Positions 28,882 through 39,927 are shown, counted from the first letter of the stretch. The stretch: DNA of 64,000 nucleotides from an uncultured Chloroflexia bacterium (GCA_963707215.1 CAVPPB010000003.1:128001-192000); one strand, 5' to 3'. The notes: generated from the sequence alone by a model not told the origin. Translations and numbers: made by a program.

Positions 28882-29755
28882 ACGGCGGCGAGTCTACCAC
28901 CGGCACCCGCCCCCCACCGACGCCGCCGGGTCTCGACCCCCGGTGGTGGCGACGACCCGGCGATCCCGACCCGTGACGCTCCTCATCGAGGTGGGTGCGG
29001 ATCCGCGACGCCATCGCGTCCTCGACGACGCTGTCGGCATCGCGAAGCCCCTCGACCGCGGCCTGGACCCCAACCAGCGCCGCGTAGAGGGGCGGACAGG
29101 TCGGGCAGGCGGCCAGGTGGGCCTCGACGGCGGCTGCAGCCTCGGGCTCGAGCTCCGTGTCGAGGTACGCCGAGACCTGGCGTCGGGCCTGCCAGCAGCG
29201 CATCGGCTGGGCCAGGCTGGCGCGTCGCTTGGCATCGTCGTGAGCCAGCCCGCTCACAAGCATCATCCGGCCCCGCCGGAGCCGTTGCTTGGCCGCCGGA
29301 AGCCCGATCCCGATCGTCCTGGCGATCTCCGGCGAGGACCATCCGAGGGCATCGTGGAGGACGACGGGCAGGCGGTAGATCGCGGGCAGCCGGGCGATGG
29401 CGTCCTCGAGCTCGTCGCGGAGCTCGGCCCGCTCGACGACCATCTCCGGCTGGACGGTGAAGCTGTCGTCCCGCCACTCGGCCTCGACCGAGTCGATCTC
29501 GACGGTCGGGCGCTCGGCTCGCGACCGGTCGATGACCCGTCGCACCAGGGCGGTCCGGAGCCAGCCGCGCAGGGCGGCCTCGTCGCGCAGCTGATCGCGC
29601 CGACGCCAGGCCGCCACGATCGTCTCCTGGGCCAGGTCCTCGGCCGCATCGGCGTCGCGGACGAGGCGCGTGGCGAGGCGGACGAGCCACGGCAGCTCGT
29701 CACCGAGCCGGGCCGCGAACGCGTCCGCCTGCGCATCGGACGGGGCCAGCGTCAT
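28859..29755 (-). CDS. ECF sigma-70 factor with fused C-terminal zf-HC2 (ZAS-like) domain
   Basis: AEDLAQET region 2, LP..YR...EIA...AAKQRLRRGR region 4, C...VSAYLD.EL...HLAACPTC; annotated 3' end overlaps the tRNA so the true stop is uncertain. Confidence 0.88.
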   Translation of the reverse strand: MTLAPSDAQADAFAARLGDELPWLVRLATRLVRDADAAEDLAQETIVAAWRRRDQLRDEAALRGWLRTALVRRVIDRSRAERPTVEIDSVEAEWRDDSFTVQPEMVVERAELRDELEDAIARLPAIYRLPVVLHDALGWSSPEIARTIGIGLPAAKQRLRRGRMMLVSGLAHDDAKRRASLAQPMRCWQARRQVSAYLDTELEPEAAAAVEAHLAACPTCPPLYAALVGVQAAVEGLRDADSVVEDAMASRIRTHLDEERHGSGSPGRRHHRGSRPGGVGGGRVPVVDSPPSGRGAAW

Positions 29756-29768
29756 CCGTGACCCCGGC

Positions 29769-29981
29769 TCACTTCCGGAGCGGGCAGGTGCTGAGCCCCA
29801 CGAGCGCGTAGATCGGGCAGAAGCCGAGGGCGCCCGTGGCGAGCATGATCGCGCCGAAGCCGAGGGCGAGATAGCCCCAGGGGGCGGCGACCAGGCCGAC
29901 CGCGAAGGCCGCTAGCAGGGCGATCCCGATCGCCAGCCGGGCGATGCGGTCGATCGTGCCGACGTTCTTGGAGAGTGTCAT
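29769..29981 (-). CDS. DUF2892 (YgaP-like) small membrane protein
   Basis: KNVGTIDRIAR...TGALGFCPIYALVGLSTC. Confidence 0.92.
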   Translation of the reverse strand: MTLSKNVGTIDRIARLAIGIALLAAFAVGLVAAPWGYLALGFGAIMLATGALGFCPIYALVGLSTCPLRK

Positions 29982-30219
29982 CTGAGGCCTCCATCCGGTG
30001 CTCGCTGGATGCGACCCGTCGCGCATCCTTCACCTGGAGGACGGAGGTCGGCGCCGAAGCGATACATCGGGTCACGTCGACCCATACGGCCGGGTCGCCC
30101 GGGTGGATCCGATCAAGGGCGGAGACCCGTTGGCCCGTCCTGCGCGTCCCGGCGTCGCCCAGGGGCCGAGGGCGGGCGATGCTCTCTCCGCACGCTCGCG
30201 CCTCGCCGGCGGCCCGCCC

Positions 30220-31347
30220 TCAGGTCGAGCTCACCTCTCGGGCACCGACGCTGCGAACCCAGGCCCGGAAGTCGACCAGCTCGTCCTTCTGCTCCCGCGA
30301 CAGCAGGTCCACGAGGCAGCGCATGACGCTCTTGCCCTCGAACAGGGCGCGATGGACCTCGCGGGCGATCGGCATCTCGACGCCGAGCCGATCGGCCAGG
30401 GCGAGCGCAGCGTCCACCGTGTAGGCACCCTCGGCCACGCCCGGCAGCGACGCCTCGATCTCGGTCCACGAGCGGCCCTTGGCCAGCTCGGCGCCAAGCC
30501 GGTGGTTGCGCGACAGGCTCGAGCCGCAGGTCGCGATGACGTCGCCGATGCCGGCCAGCCCGGCGAAGGTCAGCGGATTGGCCCCGGCGGCGATGCCGAG
30601 GCGCATCATCTCGGCCAGGCCCCGGGTCATCAACCCGGCCTTGCCGTTGTCGCCGAAGCCGACCTCGTCCATGGCCCCGGCGGCGATCGCAACGACGTTC
30701 TTCAGCGCGCCGCAGAGCTCCACCCCGACGATGTCCTCGTTGACGTAGATGCGGAAGCGGCGCCGTCCCAGCCGATGCTGGACGCGGGCCGCCAGCGCCT
30801 CGTCACGGGCGGCCACGACGGCCGAGGCCGGCAGCCCTCGGGCGATCTCGAGCGCGAGGTTGGGGCCCGACAGGGCGGCCACCCGGTCCTCGTCCACGCC
30901 CAAGGCCTCCGCTACGACCTGGCTCATCCGGTCCAGGCTGCCGGGTTCGAGCCCCTTGACGACCGAGAGCAGGTCGGCCGACGCGGCGATGTGCGGCCGG
31001 AGCCGCTCCACGGTCGACCGCAGGTGAGCCGACGGGACCGCAAAGACGATCAGATCGACTGCCGCCTCCAGGGCGGCAGCGTCGGCGGTCGCCCGCACCA
31101 GCGCTGGCAGGGCGACGCCGGGCAGCCGGGCCTCGTTTCGGCCCTCCGCAGCGATCCGGGCAGCCGTCTCCGGCGAGTGGCACCAGAGGGTGACCGGCTC
31201 CCGACGGGCCAGCAGGAGCGCAAGCGTCGTCCCCCAGGCTCCGGATCCCACGACGGCGACGCGTGGCGTCGATCCGCCCGGGGGCATGGGCCGGCTTCCC
31301 GGAGCGTCCTTGCGGACGGTCGACGACGGCTCTGCCACCGGGGTCAT
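30220..31347 (-). CDS. gpsA: NAD(P)H-dependent glycerol-3-phosphate dehydrogenase
   Basis: [40 protein letters not shown]; ATGA overlap with der stop. Confidence 0.96.
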   Translation of the reverse strand: MTPVAEPSSTVRKDAPGSRPMPPGGSTPRVAVVGSGAWGTTLALLLARREPVTLWCHSPETAARIAAEGRNEARLPGVALPALVRATADAAALEAAVDLIVFAVPSAHLRSTVERLRPHIAASADLLSVVKGLEPGSLDRMSQVVAEALGVDEDRVAALSGPNLALEIARGLPASAVVAARDEALAARVQHRLGRRRFRIYVNEDIVGVELCGALKNVVAIAAGAMDEVGFGDNGKAGLMTRGLAEMMRLGIAAGANPLTFAGLAGIGDVIATCGSSLSRNHRLGAELAKGRSWTEIEASLPGVAEGAYTVDAALALADRLGVEMPIAREVHRALFEGKSVMRCLVDLLSREQKDELVDFRAWVRSVGAREVSST

Positions 31348-32947
31348 CGACGGCTCCGCCCCGCGCGCCCGGACCCCCCACCGCCGACCCGTCGGCGCTT
31401 GCGCGGCAGCTTGACCGAGGTGCGATCGCGGAACACGAGCCGGATCGGCGTGCCATCGAAGCCGTACGCCTCGCGGAGGCGATTCTCGAGGTAGCGCCGG
31501 TAGCTGAAGTGGATGTTCGCCGCGTCGTTCGCGAAGAACACGAAGGTCGGCGGCGCGACACCGACCTGGGTGCCGTAGAAGAGCTTCGGGCGGCGCCCTC
31601 GCACGGCCGGCGGCGCCTGCCGGTCGACGGCATCGGCGAGGAGACGGTTCAGCTCGCCGGTCGGGATGCGCCGGCGCCGCTCGCCCCAGATGTCGATGGC
31701 CAGCTCGAGCGTCTTCGTGACACGCTGGCCGGTCTTGGCGCTGATCGAGACGACCGGAGCGAAGTCGAGGAACGGGACCTGGCGGCGCATCAACATGACG
31801 AAGGCGTCGAAGGTCCGGTCGCTCTTCTCGGTCAGCAGGTCCCACTTGTTCACGGCGATGACGAGCCCCTTGCCCTCCTCCGCGACGTAGCCCGCGACGT
31901 GGGCGTCCTGCGCGGTCAGACCGTCGGCGGCGTCGATGAGCAGCACGGCGACGTCCGCCCGCGAGATGGCGCGCAGGGCGCGCAGGGTGGAGAGCCGTTC
32001 GGCGGCCGGGCCCGGACGCCACCTTGCCGCGACGCCGGATGCCGGCCGTGTCGATGAGCACGATCTCGCTGCGGCCCCACTCGAGCCGCGTATCGATCGC
32101 GTCCCGCGTCGTGCCCGGCACCTCCGAGACGATGACGCGCTCCTCGCCGAGGAGGGCGTTGAGCAGGCTCGACTTGCCGACATTCGGTCGCCCGACCAGG
32201 GCGATCGCGGCCGGTCCCTCGTCGGCCGCCGCGATCTCGGCGTCCCAGCGTCGGGCGGCCGCGTCGACGAGGTCCAGGTCATCGTCCGCCCCGGGCTCGC
32301 CTGCCTCGCGGTCCCCCGCCTCATCCTCGACGACGCAGGATCGGCGCGAGACGACCCGTCCGCGATGTCGTCGGCCCAGACCTCCGCCTCGGCCTGCGCG
32401 CGCCTTGCGCGCCAGCTCCTCGGGGCTCTCCGGCGGCAGGTTCCAGACCAGCACGTCGAGCAGATCGGCGACGCCCCGGCCGTGGACTGGCCGCGATCGG
32501 GTGGGTCTGCTCCCAGCCGAGCTGATGGAACTCGGCCGCCTCGAGCTCCCGCGTCTCGTTGTCGGCCTTGTTCACCGCCACGAGGACCGGCGTGCCCGGG
32601 CCGTCGCAGCAGCTCGGCGGCCTCGTGTCGGCGGGTGTCAGACCAGTCTCGCCGCGTCGACGACGAAGACGATGAGGTTCGCCTCGGCGATGGCCAGTCG
32701 GGCCTGGTCCTGGACCCGCTCTCGATGTCGTCGTCCGGGACGACCTCCAGGCCCCCGGTGTCGACGACGACGAACCGACGTCCGTTCCACTCCGCATCGC
32801 CATAGAGTCGATCGCGGGTCGTCCGCGCCCGATCCTCCACGATGGCGGCGCGCGACCGACGATGCGGTTGAAGAGGGTGCTCTTGCCGACGTTCGGTCGG
32901 CCGACGATGGCGACGACCGGGAGGCCGGTCGGCCCGCCGGCTCTCAC
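31344..32947 (-). CDS. der: Ribosome biogenesis GTPase Der (EngA), broken by several frameshifts
   Basis: Two GRPNVGKS P-loops, DTGG/DTAG, NKAD/NKWD and KH-like tail spread over three ORFs. Confidence 0.9.
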
Positions 32948-33932
32948 GGCCTTAGCCTGCGGCGCGACGGCGACGGCGGCGTCGGGATCGACGTCGTCCG
33001 CCCGGCCGGCGTGGCGGCCAGGGCCAGGGCGGCCTCGGCGAGCTCCAGGGCGTTGGCACGGGCACTCAGGCGTCCCGGCGAGCTCGAGGATCCGCTGGCG
33101 ACGTCCCGCAGGTCCTCGATCGGCGTCGACGTGCCGCCGGTCACGCCGACGATCGGTCGCCGCCCCGAAGCGACCGAGGGATCGGTCAGCTCACGGACCA
33201 GGTCTGGACCTGGACGGACGGGCGTGCCGACGATCTCGCACAGGCGGGTGAGCTCCTTCGTGTTGGCGCTTGAGCGGCCGCCGACCACGACCATGAGACT
33301 CGACCTGTCGGGCCGTCTCCATCGTGTCCTCCTGCCGCCGGATGGTCACCGGGCAGACGGTGTTCACGATCTTGAGTTCGTGGCTGCGACCGACGATGAA
33401 GCGCCGCCAGGCGCTCGAACTTCCAGGGGGGCTGGGTGCTCTGGGAGATCAAGCGCCATCCGCTTCCTGCGCGGGATCCGCTCCCACTCGTCCTCATCGT
33501 CGACGACGATCGCGTCGGGGGCGAAGCCGAGCAGGCCGACGACCTCGGGATGGCTGCCGCGTGCCCAGCAGGACGATGGTGTAGCCCTCCTCGACGAGCC
33601 GGACGAGCTCTCTCTGCTCCTGGATCACCCAGGTGCAGGTCCCGTCGATGACGTCGAGCCCGTTGCGCCTCGGCCCGCTCCATGACCTCGGGCCGCACGC
33701 CGTGGGCGCGGATGACGACGGCCGCACCCTCGGTCACGTCGTCGAGGGTCGCCACGTGTCGGATGCCCAGACCCTCGAGATCACGGATGACGCCCTCGTT
33801 GTGGACGACCTGACCCAGGGTGTGGGTGACCTTGCCCGCCGACCGGGCTTCCTTCGCCTTGTCGATCGCCTCGCGGACGCCGTAGCAGAAGCCGGTCCGC
33901 CGGGCGATCCGAATCTCTCGGATCGTTCCCAT
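32944..33932 (-). CDS. ispH: 4-hydroxy-3-methylbut-2-enyl diphosphate reductase, broken by several frameshifts
   Basis: GFCYGV, VVHN, IRAHG, IDGTC, SQST, NTVC, VGGRSSANT, VGVTGGTSTP spread across frames. Confidence 0.9.
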
Positions 33933-33991
33933 CACGCCGCCGATTATGTCATGCGGCCCGGTCACGGCCGGTCGGCCCGCCGGTGCCTTGC

Positions 33992-34723
33992 TCAGCCCCC
34001 TGCTGAAGGTTCGGCGCCGGGTTCGTCCCGGATCGGTCCGGCGTCGACGTACGCGCCGCGGTAGGCCAGCGGCAGCAGCTCGGCGATCCGATGCATGATG
34101 ACGTCGGTGGCGAGCGCCTTGGCCGCGCGTCGGTCGATCGCCGGGTCGAGCACTTCGCCGATGCGGAACGGCTCCCCGACCGTGACGGTGACATGGCCAC
34201 CGCGCCTGGGCTTGGCGCCGCGCGGCCAGACCTGGCCGGTGCCGACGATGCCGATGGGCAGGATGGACGCGTCCGTCCGCATCGCGAGCAGCGCCAGACC
34301 CTCGCGGGCCCGCTGTAGCGCGCCGTCGGGACTGCGGGTGCCCTCCGGGAAGACGACCAGCGCGTTCCCGTCGCGAAGGATCCGCTCGGCGACCCGGAAG
34401 GCCTCGATGTCGGAGCCGGAGCGCTCGACGGGATGCACGGAGTAGGCCCGGACGAAGTGGCCGAGGATGGGCCACTCCAGCATCTCCCGCTTGCCCAGCC
34501 AATGGATCCGCCGGCCCATCGCGGGAACCAGCCAGCCGGCCAGCATCACGCCGTCGGCATTGGAGACATGGTTGGCGGCGATGATCAGCGGACCCTGCCT
34601 CGGGATCCGGTCGAGCGCACCGACCAGATCGACCCCGGTGAAGATCCTCGACCCGACCCGGGCAGCGAAGCTCATCAGGCGGATGTAGGGCGTGACCCGG
34701 TCCTGGCTGGCGGCGCCGCTCAT
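33992..34723 (-). CDS. plsC: 1-acyl-sn-glycerol-3-phosphate acyltransferase
   Basis: NHVSNAD, FPEGTRS motifs. Confidence 0.92.
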   Translation of the reverse strand: MSGAASQDRVTPYIRLMSFAARVGSRIFTGVDLVGALDRIPRQGPLIIAANHVSNADGVMLAGWLVPAMGRRIHWLGKREMLEWPILGHFVRAYSVHPVERSGSDIEAFRVAERILRDGNALVVFPEGTRSPDGALQRAREGLALLAMRTDASILPIGIVGTGQVWPRGAKPRRGGHVTVTVGEPFRIGEVLDPAIDRRAAKALATDVIMHRIAELLPLAYRGAYVDAGPIRDEPGAEPSAGG

Positions 34724-35418
34724 CCCGGGGCTCCGCCGGTCTCCCGGATCGCCTGCACGACGGCCGCGACCGTCGCCTCGAAGTCGAGGCCGTCGGTGAC
34801 GATGATGACCGCGTCGTCCGGGACCCGGAGCGGGGCGACCTCGCGGCCGCGGTCGATCGCGTCGCGGCGCCGCAGCGACGCCAGGATCTCGGCCGCCTCG
34901 GGTCCGTCTGGATCGAGGTCGCGCTCGAGGGCCCGTCGCCGTGCCCGCTCCTCGGCCGACGCGTCGAGGAAGACCTTGAGGTCCGCGTCGGGGAGCACCA
35001 CGCTGCCGATGTCGCGGCCGGCCATGACGATGTCGCCGGACGCGGCCATGGCCCGCTGGCGCTCGAGGAGGGATGCCCGGACCTCGGGGATCCGGGCGAC
35101 CGAGCTCACCACGGCATCGACCTCGGCCGAGCGCACGGCGTCGGTCACGTCCTCCCCGTCGACGAGGACGCGCGCCAGCCGACCCTGCCGATCAGCTTCG
35201 AGATCGACCGTCGGAACGAGCTTGACGAGGGCCGGCACGTCGCCGAGGTCGACCTCGGCGCGGATGGCGGCCCGGGCCACGGCCCGATAGAGCAGACCCG
35301 TGTCGCAGAAGCGGTAGCCGACAGCCAGTGCCGCCGCTGCCCCGACGCTGCTCTTGCCGGACGACGCGGGACCGTCGATGGCCACCACAAGCGGGCGTGA
35401 CCCGGCCTTGGGCTCCAT
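34720..35418 (-). CDS. cmk: Cytidylate kinase
   Basis: AIDGPASSGKS, DTGLLYR, GRDIG.VVLPDA. Confidence 0.96.
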   Translation of the reverse strand: MEPKAGSRPLVVAIDGPASSGKSSVGAAAALAVGYRFCDTGLLYRAVARAAIRAEVDLGDVPALVKLVPTVDLEADRQGRLARVLVDGEDVTDAVRSAEVDAVVSSVARIPEVRASLLERQRAMAASGDIVMAGRDIGSVVLPDADLKVFLDASAEERARRRALERDLDPDGPEAAEILASLRRRDAIDRGREVAPLRVPDDAVIIVTDGLDFEATVAAVVQAIRETGGAPG

Positions 35419-35461
35419 GGCGCCAGCATACCCGGCACCCGGCCGCCCTCGAGGGGCCGGC

Positions 35462-36235
35462 TCACTCCGGCTCGCCCCCCAGCTCCCGCTTCTCCTCGGC
35501 GGTCAGGGCTCGCACCGCTCCCGAGGGGAGGCCCGCCAGGGTCAGGTTGCCGATCCGGATCCGGACCAGGCGGCGGACCTGGATGCCGACCGCCGAGAAC
35601 ATCCGCCGTGCCTGGCGCTTGCGGCCCTCGCCGAGGACGAGCCGGTACCAGTGCAGGTCGTCGGCCGGTGAAGGCTCCAGCAAGGGGACCAGCGATCGGA
35701 CCGTCGGCCACGATGCCTCCCCCACCTCGATGGCGCGGGCCGGTCCGTCGGCCAGCTCGATCCCGCCGCGCAGCGACCGGACAGCGGCGGGCTCGAGCGG
35801 TCGGTCCGACGCGACGAGGTACTCGCGGTGGACGCCGTGCCGCGGATGGAGGACGCGCTGGGCCCACGGACCGTCGTCGGTCAGCAGGAGAAGGCCCTCC
35901 GAGTCCCGGTCCAGGCGGCCGACCGGGTAGAGCCGCGCTCCGGGCCGGCGGAGCGGTTCGGGCACGAGGTCGATGACAGTGCGCACGGCGTGGGCGTCGC
36001 GGACCGTCGATGTCACGCCGGGCGGCTTGTGCAAGGCCAGGTGCACGCGAGGCCGGCCGACGACGATCGGCCGGCCGTCCACGGCGATCACCGCCGCTGC
36101 CGGGTCCACCCGTTCCCCGATGCGGGCGACGCGACCGTCGATGGTCACCCGTCCCGCTTCGATCAGTGTCTCCGAAGCGCGGCGCGAGGCGACGCCGGCA
36201 CTCGCGAGGACCTTCTGGAGGCGCTCCCCGCTCAC
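35462..36235 (-). CDS. rluB: Pseudouridine synthase (RluB/RsuA family)
   Basis: ERLQKVLA.AGVASRR S4 domain, PVGRLD, EGRKRQ; follows scpB. Confidence 0.9.
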   Translation of the reverse strand: MSGERLQKVLASAGVASRRASETLIEAGRVTIDGRVARIGERVDPAAAVIAVDGRPIVVGRPRVHLALHKPPGVTSTVRDAHAVRTVIDLVPEPLRRPGARLYPVGRLDRDSEGLLLLTDDGPWAQRVLHPRHGVHREYLVASDRPLEPAAVRSLRGGIELADGPARAIEVGEASWPTVRSLVPLLEPSPADDLHWYRLVLGEGRKRQARRMFSAVGIQVRRLVRIRIGNLTLAGLPSGAVRALTAEEKRELGGEPE

Positions 36236-36251
36236 CCCGGGCCGGCCTCGC

Positions 36252-37103
36252 TCATTCCGGGCCTGGGTCGCCGGGACCGGGCCCGACCGGGGTCCCCGGC
36301 CCGACCGACGGTCCATCGGCCTCGTCACCGTCGTCGGCCTGGGCGGCGGCGCCCTCGGTCCCATCGGGCTCGTCCGTCGGATCGACCGTGGCGATCGGGA
36401 TCCCGGCCCCCTCCTCGACGAGCCTGGCGGCGATCTCCGCCGGCAGCGGCGGCAGCTGCTCCAGGCTCGTCAGGCCGAACCGCTCCAGGAAGTCGAGGCC
36501 GGTCCCGTAGAGGAAGGGCCGGCCCGGCGTCTCGGCCCGGCCAAGCTCGACGACCAGGCGCCGGTGCAGGAGGGTGCGGACCGTGTAGTCGCTGTCGACG
36601 CCGCGGATGCGCTCGATGGCGGCCCGCGTCACGGGCTGCCGATAGGCCACGATGGCCAGCGTCTCGAGAGCCGCCGGGGACAGCCGGACCGCGTCGGCAC
36701 CGACGTACCGGCCGATGAGGGGACCAGCCTCCGGGGCGGTCGCGAGGGCCACCCGGTCGCCATCCAGGAGGAGCCGGATCCCCCGCTCGGCGAGGGCGAC
36801 CTCCAGGTCGCCGAGACGGTCGTCGACGACCGCTCGGTCGACACCGGCGATCGTCGCGAGCTCGCGCCGAGCAAGCGGTCGCTCCGCGACGAACAGCAAT
36901 GCCTCGAGCTGCTGCTCGCTGAGCTGGCCGCCCTCGTCCGGCGGATCCGGTGCCGTGGGGGCGGTGACGCTCTCGCCGGCTGCATCCGGCGGGGCTGCGG
37001 CTGGATCCGCCACGGGGCCGCTCGGTCCTCCAGCGCCCGCGCCCAAGCCCGGCCCGACCGCGACGCCCGGTCCCTCCGGCCTCTCCCTGCGTTCGCCGGT
37101 CAC
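36252..37103 (-). CDS. scpB: SMC-Scp complex subunit ScpB
   Basis: LEALLF, LS.AALETLAIVAYRQPVTR, IRGV, GRPFLYGT. Confidence 0.95.
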   Translation of the reverse strand: MTGERRERPEGPGVAVGPGLGAGAGGPSGPVADPAAAPPDAAGESVTAPTAPDPPDEGGQLSEQQLEALLFVAERPLARRELATIAGVDRAVVDDRLGDLEVALAERGIRLLLDGDRVALATAPEAGPLIGRYVGADAVRLSPAALETLAIVAYRQPVTRAAIERIRGVDSDYTVRTLLHRRLVVELGRAETPGRPFLYGTGLDFLERFGLTSLEQLPPLPAEIAARLVEEGAGIPIATVDPTDEPDGTEGAAAQADDGDEADGPSVGPGTPVGPGPGDPGPE

Positions 37104-37990
37104 GCGAAGTCCGCCAGCGATTCGTCGAGCGCGGCGGCTTCGTCGACGGGGACGCCGGCCGCTCGGCGCTCCGCCTCGGACGTGCGGCGGGCCGCGATCG
37201 GACCCCAGGGGCGCTCCTGCTCCACGACGATCTCGCGCCGCTTCATCAGCTCGAGCATGGCCAGGAACGTGACGGCGGCGACGGCCCGATCGCGGACCCC
37301 CCGGAGCAGCTCCTGGAGGACGACGACGTCCGTGTCACGCAGGGCCGCCCGGATGATCTCGGCACGCTCGGTCAGGGTCACCGTCCGCGGGATCGTCTCC
37401 GGGGGTGGGGGCGGGGGCGGCACGACCCGCAGGAGCGCCTCCAGGGCATCCATCAACCGCTGCGGGTCGATCGGTTCCGGATCCGGCGCCCGGGCCCCCC
37501 GGAGGGCCGCGGCCGCCGCTGCAGCGGGTTCGCGCCGGAACACGCCGACGCGGTCGGCCGCCCGTTCCTGGAGGACCTGCCCAGCATCACGGAAGGCCCG
37601 GTAGAGGACGAGGCGGGCACGCAGCTCTGCCTCCGGGTCGACCTCCTCATCGAGGCCGATCGGGACAGCCTGCGGCGCCCTCGGCAGCATCGCCCGGCTC
37701 TTGATGAGGATGAGCTGAGAGGCGACCGTGACGAACGCCGCCACGTGCCCCATCCGGTCCTCGTCCAGTTCCGCGAGCGCCTCCAGGTAGGCCTCGGCCA
37801 GCGACCCGAGTGGGACGGTGAGGACGTCGAGCTGGCGAGCCTCGATCAGCGCCAGCAGCAGGCCGAGCGGCCCCTCCCAGCCGGCGACCGATACGTGGGC
37901 TGCCCGGTCCGGCCGGCGATCCGGCTCGAACCGGACGGCCGACGGGCCCGCCTCCAGGGAAGGCAGCGGCAGAGGGCCTACGACGGCCAT
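37100..37990 (-). CDS. scpA: Segregation/condensation protein ScpA
   Basis: WEGPLGLLL.LI, LIKSR.MLP, VTFLAMLEL. Confidence 0.95.
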   Translation of the reverse strand: MAVVGPLPLPSLEAGPSAVRFEPDRRPDRAAHVSVAGWEGPLGLLLALIEARQLDVLTVPLGSLAEAYLEALAELDEDRMGHVAAFVTVASQLILIKSRAMLPRAPQAVPIGLDEEVDPEAELRARLVLYRAFRDAGQVLQERAADRVGVFRREPAAAAAAALRGARAPDPEPIDPQRLMDALEALLRVVPPPPPPPETIPRTVTLTERAEIIRAALRDTDVVVLQELLRGVRDRAVAAVTFLAMLELMKRREIVVEQERPWGPIAARRTSEAERRAAGVPVDEAAALDESLADFA

Positions 37991-38487
37991 CAGCCGGCCT
38001 CGTCGGCGAGCCGGAGAAGCTCGCCGTACTCGGGATCGCGGGGCGCTTCCTGGTAGCGGATCAGGTCCACGGTCCGTGGCGGGCAGCCGACCCCGGCCGC
38101 GAGGGCCGCCGACGTCTCCGCATGGGTGGCCAGCGTCTCGAGATCGCCGGACCAGCCCGGGACGACCCCCCCAAGCCGAACGACCCAGGGGCCGTAGGCC
38201 TGGCCGAGTGAGTGGACGACCCGGGGCAGCACCCCGACCCGGCCCTTGCCGGCATCGTGGAGCAGGCCGGCCAGGAGGACGTCACGATCCTCGACCCCCT
38301 GGGCGCGGAGGGACGCGAGGACATCGAGGCCGTGGCGTCGGTCGGCGACGTGCATCCGGTCGAAGAGGGCCAGCTGCTCGGGCCGGAGCCATGACGCCAC
38401 CGCCGCCCGCTCGTCCGGTCCGACGCGGGCGGTCAGGTGGCCCCGGAACTGGCGGACCCTAGACGCCCACCAGGAAGTACGTGACAT
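37990..38487 (-). CDS. HD-domain protein
   Basis: DRRHG, AGLLHDAGK, H and AD motifs. Confidence 0.85.
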   Translation of the reverse strand: MSRTSWWASRVRQFRGHLTARVGPDERAAVASWLRPEQLALFDRMHVADRRHGLDVLASLRAQGVEDRDVLLAGLLHDAGKGRVGVLPRVVHSLGQAYGPWVVRLGGVVPGWSGDLETLATHAETSAALAAGVGCPPRTVDLIRYQEAPRDPEYGELLRLADEAG

Positions 38488-39097
38488 CCAGCATGAACCT
38501 CACGAGGACGTTCCCGAACAGCAGGACGCCCACGATGATGATGACGAACCCGTATTGGGCGAGCTGTGTCCGGAGCCGCCAGACCGTCGCCGGTGGCAGG
38601 AAGCGGAACAGCAGCTGGGACCCGTCAAGTGGTGGGACGGGAATCATGTTGAAGACGGCGAGCATGACGTTGTAGAGCACGAAGTTGAAGAGGATGATCG
38701 CCGCGATGGCCGGGACCTCGACCTGGAAGCCGAGCAGGGCTCGGATCACGAGGGCCATGACCGAGGCCATGATGAGGTTGGAGGCCGGCCCGGCCACGGC
38801 TACGATCACCTCGCCGTTGCGACGGTCGACGAGGTTCGAGGGGTTGACCGGGGTCGGCTTGGCCCAGCCGAAGACGAACCCTCCGAGGAGGATCGACACG
38901 GTCAGCAGGATCCCCCCGAGGGGATCGAAGTGGCGCCGCGGATCGAGCGTCAGCCGGCCCATGAAGCGGGCGGTGTGATCGCCGAGCCGGTCCGCCGCGT
39001 AGGCATGGGCGAACTCGTGGACCGGGAAACCGACGAGCAGGAAGAAGGCGATCAGGATCCCCGCGCTGAGCAGTCGCTCCGGACTCAGGTCGAACAC
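38459..39097 (-). CDS. Site-2 protease family (M50) metallopeptidase
   Basis: HEFAH, AGPASN, FNMIPVPPLDG. Confidence 0.95.
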   Translation of the reverse strand: MFDLSPERLLSAGILIAFFLLVGFPVHEFAHAYAADRLGDHTARFMGRLTLDPRRHFDPLGGILLTVSILLGGFVFGWAKPTPVNPSNLVDRRNGEVIVAVAGPASNLIMASVMALVIRALLGFQVEVPAIAAIILFNFVLYNVMLAVFNMIPVPPLDGSQLLFRFLPPATVWRLRTQLAQYGFVIIIVGVLLFGNVLVRFMLDVTYFLVGV

Positions 39098-39153
39098 GGA
39101 TACCTCGGTGCGAGCGGGACGACGCGAATCCTAGCCCGCCCGAGCGGAGCCGG

Positions 39154-39924
39154 TCAGATGCGCTCCAGGAGCTCCCGCTTCTTGGCCTCGTACTCCTCGG
39201 GCGTGATGGCGCCCGAATCCCGCAACTCGGCCAACGAGGCGAGTGTCCTCGTCGCGTCGTCCGAGCCGGCTGCCTGCGCAGCAGCGGCGGGTGCTGGCGG
39301 CGGCGGAGCCGCTTCAGCCTGGGTGGGCTGAGGCGGAGCGACAGGAGCCTGGGCCTCGGCCCGGACCGGCGGGGTCGGCGTCCGCGGCGTGTTGATCATG
39401 ACGAGGCGCTCGTCCTTGGCGGTCATCATCGCCTTCTTGAACTCGACCGGGTCGGGCAGCGCCACGAGCTCGTCGACGCCGGTGTCGGCCGGGGTGAGGA
39501 TCCGCAGGTTGCCCCAGCCGAGCACTCGTCCGAGCCACGGGACGTTGATCTGGGCGTCGGTGATGTTCTCGATGGACGAATCGCTCGACTGCTTGTTGAC
39601 GACCCCCCAGACGCGCATCACTCGGCGATCGGTCAGGAGGTACTCCTGTGACCTCCAGATCAGGATCGCCCAGACGAACCCGACGGCAGCGATCGCGAGG
39701 GCGATGACGGTGCCCCAGGTCAGGATCTGGTCGATGAATCCGACGGGCCCCTCGTTGCCCGTCAGCTGGGTGAGCAGGAAGCCGACCACCCCGATGGCGA
39801 AGGCGATGGCGACCCAGCGCCCGGCGACCAGGAACGGGAAGATCCAGTGCTGGCGCTCTCGACGGATGATGGACTCCCCGGGTGCCAGGAGTCCGTCGGC
39901 GTACGTCATCGGCTGCTTCTCCAT
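39154..39924 (-). CDS. Membrane protein with bacterial PH domain and SHOCT domain
   Basis: Two TM helices, YLLTDRR...GRVLGWG; C-terminal LAELRDSGAITPEEYEAKK. Confidence 0.88.
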   Translation of the reverse strand: MEKQPMTYADGLLAPGESIIRRERQHWIFPFLVAGRWVAIAFAIGVVGFLLTQLTGNEGPVGFIDQILTWGTVIALAIAAVGFVWAILIWRSQEYLLTDRRVMRVWGVVNKQSSDSSIENITDAQINVPWLGRVLGWGNLRILTPADTGVDELVALPDPVEFKKAMMTAKDERLVMINTPRTPTPPVRAEAQAPVAPPQPTQAEAAPPPPAPAAAAQAAGSDDATRTLASLAELRDSGAITPEEYEAKKRELLERI

Positions 39925-39927
39925 CCC

